Shown here piece after piece: positions 1-7,139 of a stretch of DNA of 34,620 nucleotides. The stretch comes from Halorarum halobium (GTDB lineage Archaea > Halobacteriota > Halobacteria > Halobacteriales > Haloferacaceae), in NCBI RefSeq assembly GCF_032116555.1, contig NZ_CP134950.1, positions 124,001-158,620 on the forward strand, in the 5' to 3' direction. Every line of letters begins with the position of its first letter. The first letter of the stretch is position 1. The notes beneath the pieces are model-generated. The model had not been told where the DNA came from. It did not search any database and saw only the letters and a list, made by a program, of their open reading frames with translations. The translations under genes were made by a program, and so were the position numbers.

Positions 1-1184
1 GGATAGTACCGACCCTCGTCTTTGCTGTAGAGGTAGGTCTGGATCGGTCTAAGAGTGTTTGAGTTTCGCCCGAAGAGAAAGGCGAGCCCCATCGGGCCAG
101 CTATGAAGAGATGAATAGTCGATGTTTTTGATAGTTCTTTGATTGCGTCTCGTACCTTGGTACGGAAAACACCTGCAGCATGGGCTGCCTGTGCCGGGGA
201 CAATTCCACACCAGGCCCATCTTCCGGTGTCAATCTGAGAATACCGTTGAAATCCGGAAGGTCGTTATGCATTTGGTCGATCTCCGGTTGCACATCGGCA
301 GCGATGTTGACGAGCACCGCCAGCTCCGCTCCGTGATTCGGTTGTCGCTGGAGATCTCCTTCTAACCCGCTTTCCTCTTCGTCGATATCGAGTCTCCATT
401 CTGTCATCCCGGCAGGACCGGTGGGTTGCATCCACGTTGCTTGGATACGACGTGTGGTTGGAAGACAGTAACCGGCCGCGAACGCAGCGGGAAGATGCGT
501 TCGGCCACGGAATCGGAGGGTGCGGCCCGATGCGTTTTGAATGAGACTGTCCGTTACCGTAGTTAACGCCGGGAGTAGACGCTGGTTCCATACTTCTTGG
601 GATGGTGGACCATGTTCGAACGATCTCGACCAGTCAATAGCAATCGCTGGATCGTTGTCGTGAGCGGGCGATTCGTAGGTATCAAGTGAACATTCGAGGG
701 GCTCACCGTCCGGCAAATACCCATCTATCCGCTCGATGCGCTCTGATAAGACGGCCTGGACGATCTCTGTAGCTTTGTCAGACGTGGTCTCCTCTAGGGG
801 GAGCATTTTCCAGGCGGAAAAGTCGTGGAGGATCGGTGCCTCGTTGAGTATCGATTTGGCTTCTCCAACGCTGATATCGGGACATGGCACAACGACCACG
901 AAAAACTCGTCATCCTCGTCCCAGCGCTTGTTGAATCCCGGCAACTCGTCGTTGAGAATGATGTCGGAGTCGGCTACGCCCTCACTGACGAGCGCAATAC
1001 CACTGGCCGTTTCCGGGTTCTCCAACTGGTCGATAATCTCATCTCTGAGTGGCTCTGGCTTCAAATCGAAGATATCCCGCCAAATCGGCACCCCGTGTCG
1101 CTCGAGTTCCGTTTGCAGGAAGTTGGCGATGTCCGTCTGTTCGTGCTTATAGCTGAGAAATACACGGCCAGTTGGATCAGTCAT
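1..1184 (-). CDS. CBASS effector, TIR-SAVED (3' end runs off the window)
   Basis: Translated by hand from ATG at 1184, which overlaps the upstream stop (ATGA). It reads MTDPTGRVFLSYKHEQTDIANFLQTELERHGVPIWRD (TIR start, FLSY...G.PIWRD), then SDIILNDELP (candidate catalytic Glu), then a C-terminal IHLFIAGPMGLAFLFGRNSNTLRPIQTYLYSKDEGRYYP (SAVED signature). About 394 open codons to the window edge. Confidence 0.9.
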   Translation of the reverse strand, partial: MTDPTGRVFLSYKHEQTDIANFLQTELERHGVPIWRDIFDLKPEPLRDEIIDQLENPETASGIALVSEGVADSDIILNDELPGFNKRWDEDDEFFVVVVPCPDISVGEAKSILNEAPILHDFSAWKMLPLEETTSDKATEIVQAVLSERIERIDGYLPDGEPLECSLDTYESPAHDNDPAIAIDWSRSFEHGPPSQEVWNQRLLPALTTVTDSLIQNASGRTLRFRGRTHLPAAFAAGYCLPTTRRIQATWMQPTGPAGMTEWRLDIDEEESGLEGDLQRQPNHGAELAVLVNIAADVQPEIDQMHNDLPDFNGILRLTPEDGPGVELSPAQAAHAAGVFRTKVRDAIKELSKTSTIHLFIAGPMGLAFLFGRNSNTLRPIQTYLYSKDEGRYY

Positions 1185-3517
1185 ATATCGTCACCGACGT
1201 TGAGAGTTGTAGCTGCATCTGGGTTGTCAATCCGTTCTAACTGCTCGTATTCCTTACTATCATGGAATAGATAGGCGTTGATCGTGAATTGACCTTCTTC
1301 GTCCTGTCCAACGATGAAGAGGAGCGGATGCGGACAGTCGTAGCCGTCGTCGTTGGCGATGTCATTCATCGCAGTCCGATCGACCCGACTGAGATCGGGT
1401 GAAGCGCCGGGATGGTAGTGCCATTCACCGAGATAGTCGATGCCAATGCTCTCCCTGGCGTCTTTGAGCCACTCCTCGACTTTGTCGGTTCCGCGGAGGA
1501 ATCGAGTTGGTTCTTGAATGGAGTCCCGCGGTGGGTCGCGGGCATTCACCACCAGTGCTGGCCCATCGAGACGGTCGGTTCCAGCGAGAATACCGCCCGT
1601 TTCACAGGGGTGTTCTTCCCGACAGCGCTCATACATCGCTTCAAGACACGTGGCCGGAATCTGTACGGTGATTGGTGATTCCGGTGCTCGCCATATAGTT
1701 CCGTCCTGGAAGGGAGGTGTGGCCTGTGAAATGGTCGGCAGCTCGTCGCCACTACCGGTCTCGAGTACGGTGAAGTGATTCTCGCGCAGGCTCAATGCCG
1801 TCGCCTGATCGAGAAGTCGTGTCACTGTCCCTGCCCACGTCATCACCCGGTCCGTTCGGATAACTGATGCTGGGTGCCAGCAGCCGACTCGCTCGGGGAT
1901 GGCATCCTCGTCTTCGTCCCATTCGATCTGTTCTTGCAACCGCCATGGATCGAACGCTTCGTTGTAATCGCTGTACGGAAAGGTATGTGAGTAAGCTGTG
2001 AAGCAGAACAACCGGCTCGCTCGCCGACCCATCGCAGCGGAGCAAAACACGACCGGGTGATTCCATCTAATCGCATCCAGAGCGCGACGAACTCCCCGTG
2101 ACGCGGTACAGTCAATTACTACCTCCGCTTCTCTAATTGACTCCGGCAACTCACCGCTCGGTGGAAAGGCGCTATCCACATCAAAGACTTGGGCGTACGG
2201 TGCAATGGATTCGAGCCGGTCCGCGATTGCTGTCGCCTTGTTTCGTCCTACCTCATCGATTGTTAGTGTGTGGCGAGCCACGTTGCCGATCTCATACGTG
2301 TCGTTGTCGACGATGGTAAGCTGCTGACAGCCGGCTCGAACGAGGTTCTCGGCAACCATACTGCCGAGCGCTCCCGCTCCAATGAGTACGATGTTGCGAT
2401 CCAGAAACCACTCTGTCATATGCCCGCGTCTGGTGAGCTGCTCATGCGACCAGTTGTCCGAGTCCAGCCACCGAATCTGTTCCTCTCCAGCTTCCCGTCG
2501 TTCGGCTATCTCTGGCCCCTTTCCAGTATCTCGAAATCCGCCGGAAAGGTCATTCGGGTCCTTGAACTCCTGGATCTCGATTGGTTGCCAATAAATGATC
2601 TCGGGGTCGCCGTCGACCGTAGCTGGGATGGGGAACCCGATTAGAAGAATCTTGACCGGTTCATCGTCCAAAACGGGCTTGATATTTGCCCGTAGTTCGT
2701 ACGGGTCGGTCTCGGTGCCATCGAAAAACCCTTCCAAATCTTGCCACGTTCCCGGGGCCTCCCACGGGGGTTCAATCGGCACCTCTTCTAACAGTGCCCA
2801 CGCTCCGGAAACAGAGTCCTCAGGATTCGCATCGATGTATCCACCCCATTGTGGCTGATAGACGACTTCATCGTCGCTATCTTTGAACGTACCAGTCGCG
2901 TATGTCTCTTCAGCAGTTGGCAACGAGCGGAGATTGACCGTCCCCCACTGTCCATACGTCTCCCTCCATTCTGAGAACGACTCCTGCGTCTCATTGAATG
3001 CGATGGTCGTGGCCGAAGCCGAGTTCGTATCGAAGGCCGGGATTTCAAACGGTTCGTCTGGTTCCCGGAGTTCCCCTTTCGCAGCATTACTTAACCACCG
3101 CAGTGCTCGGTCCATATGCCAACAGAGCCGATCACGGCTTGTGCTGGGTTCGCCGGTGGCTCCCGTTTGACTGAGGGTGTGCCCATACCGAGCAACACAG
3201 ATATCGCCTCTTCGCCATGGAGTATCGTTGCTCCCAGCCACGTTCAGCTTCTGGTGGGGGAATGTGGCGGAAATGGTGTTCTCTTCTTGATCTGCAGGGT
3301 AGATCCCAATTGAACCTGCGGGGTACGTATCCCGTAGATGGAGATACCAGTCCGTCTCGCGTGGCACGTCCGGATGGGGTTCTAAGTCGTCTGGAGAAAG
3401 CCTGATCTTGACGATCCACCGTCCGTTGCTATCGTGTCGATATGGCTCTTTGAGGACGGTGACTCCGTCCCGTTCGGCAATGGCTGCAACGGCTTCTGTA
3501 ATTTCGTGGGGAGGCAT
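1181..3517 (-). CDS. cap2/cap3: CBASS Cap2-Cap3 fusion: E2-like + ThiF/E1 + JAB (MPN+) isopeptidase
   Basis: N-terminal E2-like region (YP...FPHQ...GDICV). E1 nucleotide-binding motif IVLIGAGALGSMVAENLVRAG...D.D.YEIGNVARH, plus IDCTA and GCWHP. C-terminal JAB motif ETGG...YLGEWHYHPGASPDLSRVD (HxH-x7-S-x2-D). Lies 8 bp downstream of the CD-NTase. Confidence 0.9.
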   Translation of the reverse strand: MPPHEITEAVAAIAERDGVTVLKEPYRHDSNGRWIVKIRLSPDDLEPHPDVPRETDWYLHLRDTYPAGSIGIYPADQEENTISATFPHQKLNVAGSNDTPWRRGDICVARYGHTLSQTGATGEPSTSRDRLCWHMDRALRWLSNAAKGELREPDEPFEIPAFDTNSASATTIAFNETQESFSEWRETYGQWGTVNLRSLPTAEETYATGTFKDSDDEVVYQPQWGGYIDANPEDSVSGAWALLEEVPIEPPWEAPGTWQDLEGFFDGTETDPYELRANIKPVLDDEPVKILLIGFPIPATVDGDPEIIYWQPIEIQEFKDPNDLSGGFRDTGKGPEIAERREAGEEQIRWLDSDNWSHEQLTRRGHMTEWFLDRNIVLIGAGALGSMVAENLVRAGCQQLTIVDNDTYEIGNVARHTLTIDEVGRNKATAIADRLESIAPYAQVFDVDSAFPPSGELPESIREAEVVIDCTASRGVRRALDAIRWNHPVVFCSAAMGRRASRLFCFTAYSHTFPYSDYNEAFDPWRLQEQIEWDEDEDAIPERVGCWHPASVIRTDRVMTWAGTVTRLLDQATALSLRENHFTVLETGSGDELPTISQATPPFQDGTIWRAPESPITVQIPATCLEAMYERCREEHPCETGGILAGTDRLDGPALVVNARDPPRDSIQEPTRFLRGTDKVEEWLKDARESIGIDYLGEWHYHPGASPDLSRVDRTAMNDIANDDGYDCPHPLLFIVGQDEEGQFTINAYLFHDSKEYEQLERIDNPDAATTLNVGDDI

Positions 3518-3525
3518 TTGTTACG

Positions 3526-4650
3526 TCAGCTGTCCGACTCGGCGAACTGGTGGTCAGATGGATCCTCTACCTGTGAGGACGACCCTACTGACATGGCTTT
3601 CTCCCCTCCATCGTCGGAATCGTCGTCGCTTCCGAAGGGAGGGAATTTCTCACCGAAGAGCTGGTACCAGTAATCCCTCGATGTTTCTTTGTCCTCCTCA
3701 TCCAGTGCTGTCCGCGCGAGCGCTGCGGCATCTTCGGCCTTATCGTAGAACGCCGCGAAATCGTCCCCGTCGATTTGTTTGAGGACGTCATTCTCGGGGG
3801 TTTCCGGGAGCCCGTGAGCAGGCAAGACGGGGGTTTCCTCGGCCATTGCTTCGGTCTTGAACTGCCGTGTGAGTTCTTCCAGCGTCCTTGTCACGCCTTC
3901 AGCGACGCTGTCGATATCATGAGGACAGCACTGACCAACGATGTGCTCGAGGGGATAGCTTGTCGGTCCTTCGACGTCGGGTGTCTTCGTTCGCCGCCAC
4001 CATTTGATGGCTTTGACGACGTTCACGTAGTGGCCATCCGTGATATCGTTTTTATTAATGGTGAAGGCGATAGTCGCGAGGGGATGGGTATTCTCCCACT
4101 TGTTCTCATCTCGATGTGGGATCTTGAGCGGTTGGTCCTTCCACTCGTCGTCGCCATCTGCCGACATATTGAGGGCCTCCGCCACGGTCGAAAGGTCGTC
4201 TGGACTCAGGGCTGTGCCAACGTCTAGTGAACCCAGTGATTTGACGGCTTCACGTGTTGCCTCGCTCGGTGCCGCTGTCAAGACGAGATCGATCTCCACC
4301 TTCTCTTCCTCGATCTTGTAGGAGTGCGCGTTCGGTTCCCACTGCCCCACATAGTGTTCATCCAGGAACGGCTCGCATTTTCTTAGCGCAACATCGGTAT
4401 CGAGATCACTGCTGAGATCAGAGACAAAGACGACGTCAACGTCGGATTTCTCGTCTTCCTGCGGTCTGAGTGCCGTCCACCGACGGTAGCTCCCCTGTAG
4501 AAAGTCTGCAACGTAGAACTCGTCGATGTCCTCGTCACTCTGCAAGTGATCGCGGAGGGTTTCGTGGCCCTCCTTGTAGGCATCATTGTGCTCGTCCTGC
4601 GGGCGGATGTCTGACAAGAAGGTCTCGAACAGTGTGGGGAGTGTGGTCAT
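3526..4650 (-). CDS. cGAS/DncV-like nucleotidyltransferase (CD-NTase, SMODS)
   Basis: FLQGSYRRWTALRP...SDVDVV (GS...DxD), IDLV, LKIP, W..THP, VKAIKWWR, SYPLE, LFGEKFP. In an operon with E1/E2/JAB and TIR-SAVED genes. Confidence 0.93.
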   Translation of the reverse strand: MTTLPTLFETFLSDIRPQDEHNDAYKEGHETLRDHLQSDEDIDEFYVADFLQGSYRRWTALRPQEDEKSDVDVVFVSDLSSDLDTDVALRKCEPFLDEHYVGQWEPNAHSYKIEEEKVEIDLVLTAAPSEATREAVKSLGSLDVGTALSPDDLSTVAEALNMSADGDDEWKDQPLKIPHRDENKWENTHPLATIAFTINKNDITDGHYVNVVKAIKWWRRTKTPDVEGPTSYPLEHIVGQCCPHDIDSVAEGVTRTLEELTRQFKTEAMAEETPVLPAHGLPETPENDVLKQIDGDDFAAFYDKAEDAAALARTALDEEDKETSRDYWYQLFGEKFPPFGSDDDSDDGGEKAMSVGSSSQVEDPSDHQFAESDS

Positions 4651-4674
4651 AGTGTATCGATGTTCTGGAATGTT

Positions 4675-5703
4675 TTAAGTGGTTGTTGCAGCAGGTGGTG
4701 ACTCAATGATCGCGTATTCTCGATCCCGGCTCGTGCCCTCGGCCTCGAGGAGGTTGTACTGAGCCATCTTCGAGAGATAGGACCGGATGGTCCGTTTCGT
4801 CCGTGGGTCGTCGACTTCGTCCGTATAGCGCTCGTGAATCTCGCCCGGGCCGAGCGGGCCGTGCTCACGAACGATGTCGTAGACGACGCGCTGGTGCGGC
4901 GTGAGTGAGTCGAGGCTCTTCTGCTTGATCTGGGCCCGAGCATCCTCGGCGGCGTCCAGGAGAATATCGTCGGTGATGCGCTCGTGGTTCTCGCGATCAG
5001 CCTTGCCGGCGGCCGTTCGGAGGATGCCGATTGCGAGGCGGGCGTCGCCGGTGGCCGCGTCGGCGATTCGATATAGCTGGTCGTCGGTGATGACGTCCTC
5101 GTCGAGCCCCCACTTCGCCCGCGCACTCAGGATATCGTACAGCTGCTCGTCGTGGTACTTGTCCATCCGGACGTGTTCGCTGGAGCGCAGGCGGCTCACG
5201 AGGCGGCCGTCGACGCGGCTGAACAGCTCCTCTTCCTTGTTCGCGATGCAGATGATCGCAAACTGCGGGAGGCTGTGGAGGTCGTAGATGACGCTGGGAT
5301 CCTCCAGTTGGTCGACCTCGTCGAGGATGATGACGGTTCGAGAGCCGTCGTGCTGCTGGAGGCGATCGACGAGTTCGTCGTGGGGCGTCGACTGACGGTG
5401 GATGTCGATGGTCGCGCCGAGGTCGTCGAGGATCTGATAGAGCGTGCGGAATCGGGTGTAGTTCCGCCAGCAGTTGACGTAGGTCGCCTCGACGTCGAGG
5501 ACCTCTTCCCGGAGTCGTTCGGTAACGAACTTCGAGATGCAGGTCTTGCCGGCGCCGCTGGGTCCGGTGACGATGGCCGTGTCGGCGGGCTCTCCGTTCG
5601 TGATGGGCTCGAGGACGCTGGAGAGATGGTTGACTTCGGCGTCGCGATGCTCAACTTCCCGAGGAACGAACCCGGCCCGGAGGACGCGAGCATCGCGAAT
5701 CAT
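4675..5703 (-). CDS. cdc6: Orc1/Cdc6 family replication initiator (AAA+ with C-terminal wHTH)
   Basis: Walker A GPSGAGKT, YVNCW, Walker B IILDEVDQL, SRL, GDARLAIGILR and a C-terminal winged helix. Visibly more GC-rich than its neighbours. Confidence 0.95.
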   Translation of the reverse strand: MIRDARVLRAGFVPREVEHRDAEVNHLSSVLEPITNGEPADTAIVTGPSGAGKTCISKFVTERLREEVLDVEATYVNCWRNYTRFRTLYQILDDLGATIDIHRQSTPHDELVDRLQQHDGSRTVIILDEVDQLEDPSVIYDLHSLPQFAIICIANKEEELFSRVDGRLVSRLRSSEHVRMDKYHDEQLYDILSARAKWGLDEDVITDDQLYRIADAATGDARLAIGILRTAAGKADRENHERITDDILLDAAEDARAQIKQKSLDSLTPHQRVVYDIVREHGPLGPGEIHERYTDEVDDPRTKRTIRSYLSKMAQYNLLEAEGTSRDREYAIIESPPAATTT

Positions 5704-5749
5704 CTGTCTCTGACAGACTGATTTCGGGTCAGGTTACAAAAGCCTGACC
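5704..5749. promoter_or_regulatory. Putative cdc6 promoter overlapped by two inverted repeats
   Basis: GGTCAGG (5727-5733) and CCTGACC (5743-5749) flank an AT-rich core (minus strand CTTTTGTAA) about 30 bp upstream of the ATG. CTGTC-tct-GACAG (5704-5716) abuts the start codon. Confidence 0.5.
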
Positions 5750-5755
5750 GGGTTG

Positions 5756-5862
5756 CTTCCGGAAACTCCCATGATAGTACCATCTTGAGCACCCAAAAAC
5801 CTACGCTGTATCTCGATTTGTGTTCGTGGAAAGTCGAGCCTTCCGGAAACTTCCGGAAACTC
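5756..5862. repeat. Three copies of TTCCGGAAAC (mini-ORB-like) upstream of cdc6
   Basis: Exact 10-mers at 5757-5766, 5841-5850 and 5851-5860 (the last two in tandem), with a palindromic TTCCGGAA core. They resemble the TTCC...GGAAAC core of archaeal origin recognition boxes. Confidence 0.6.
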
Positions 5863-5984
5863 AGCTCCCACTACTGATTTGGCACTAAGTGGGTGATTTC
5901 TCTTTGGCCCTCCAACGACAGGATGCCGGAGTAATGGTCCTTATGATAGAGTGACAAGCAAATCTAATCCGGCCATCGACTTCA

Positions 5985-7133
5985 ATGCCATATCTTGGAG
6001 TTCAAAACGGAACACGGGTAATCCCACCACAAGTAGCCGACGGCACGACTGTTACTTGTCCTGCGTGCGACCAACCGATGGCCGTTGTACGGTCTCACGA
6101 ACGAGGTTCTGCTTTCATTTCTCGTCATTTTCGGCACCACGAACAGGAGGGTCGTTCTGAGATGGGCCAAACTACAGGTCAGGCAACCTTTGCTGATCTT
6201 GTAGATGTCGGCGAGTGCCCTGGTGAATCGGACGAACATATGAAAATGAAGTCGATTGCGTATGCTCGATTGGAACACGATTTCCCTGATGCGACAGTTG
6301 AGCTTGAATCCGGTATCGACGGCCGAATTGCGGATGTCCTGCTCACATTCGACACTCCCCGAGAGCCCTATGGAAGGGGTATCGCGATAGAGGCTCAGTA
6401 TCGGAATCAGGGCAAAGATATCGAGGCAGTTACTGACCATTATCTACAGCGTGACTATAGCGTTGCGTGGCTCGATGAGGGCGATTTCTCAGAGTACGAT
6501 GTTGATCTCTCCGGAATACTGTCCGTCTGGCCCTATGCGCTTCCGTCGCGGTCTGATATGGAGGGGTACCCGGAAGTCATCAGGTGGCTCTGGCAAGAGA
6601 AATCGCCCACTGTTGCGTTGGAAATCCCTATACCAGGAGAGTATTGGGCTTCGTTCGATAAGTCGGATGAATGGGTGACTGTCGCTCAACAAGATCTCCG
6701 CCGGAAGGGACGCGCTTGGGCGACTGTTTCTCGCTCACCAACGGGTCAGCTTACTCTTCAGCTCGGAAAGAAGGACTGGGGCTGGGATGGCGATACCCAC
6801 CGTGTCACCGTTCAACTTGAAGATTCGGATACCCAGGAACTCCGATCATTCACTGATAACTTGGAACGGCTAGCGTTTGGACCAGATCGCCCGAGTGAGG
6901 AAGATCGGGAACGCCCTTGGCATGATTTGACGACTGCTTGGTTCGCTGGCTCTCCTCGTGTTACCTCTTGGCTTTCGGCTTCCCTCTCTCCCGATGACGA
7001 CGTGGTCCTCTCGTTAGGAAAGAAACATCCCAAGGAGACTGACCGAGTTAGTGTTCAGATCGACGATACTGCGACTCAGGCTCTGGACGACCTAACCACA
7101 CTTCTTGAGAGGTCCTTCGAACTGGAGGCCTGA
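5985..7133 (+). CDS. CoiA-like PD-(D/E)XK nuclease with N-terminal Zn finger and duplicated C-terminal domain
   Basis: CPAC...HFRH...C.GESDEH..MK zinc-finger region, RIADVLL...IAIEAQY nuclease motif, DYSVAW, and two ~70-aa C-terminal repeats. Confidence 0.7.
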   Translation: MPYLGVQNGTRVIPPQVADGTTVTCPACDQPMAVVRSHERGSAFISRHFRHHEQEGRSEMGQTTGQATFADLVDVGECPGESDEHMKMKSIAYARLEHDFPDATVELESGIDGRIADVLLTFDTPREPYGRGIAIEAQYRNQGKDIEAVTDHYLQRDYSVAWLDEGDFSEYDVDLSGILSVWPYALPSRSDMEGYPEVIRWLWQEKSPTVALEIPIPGEYWASFDKSDEWVTVAQQDLRRKGRAWATVSRSPTGQLTLQLGKKDWGWDGDTHRVTVQLEDSDTQELRSFTDNLERLAFGPDRPSEEDRERPWHDLTTAWFAGSPRVTSWLSASLSPDDDVVLSLGKKHPKETDRVSVQIDDTATQALDDLTTLLERSFELEA

Positions 7134-7139
7134 CTTCTA

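Noticed and set aside
139..1274. Short ORFs on both strands in the ORF track (139-336, 180-365, 265-591, 736-1152, 825-1274)
   Set aside because: They are antisense or out-of-frame shadows of the minus-strand TIR-SAVED gene and lack the acidic halophile composition.
4647..5721. Long alternative ORFs overlapping cdc6 (4647-5126, 5152-5721, 5196-5693)
   Set aside because: Ser/Arg/Thr-rich off-frame or antisense products typical of high-GC codon bias.
5841..5860. Tandem repeat considered as a CRISPR remnant
   Set aside because: Only 10-bp units with no spacers and no cas genes; better explained as protein-binding sites.
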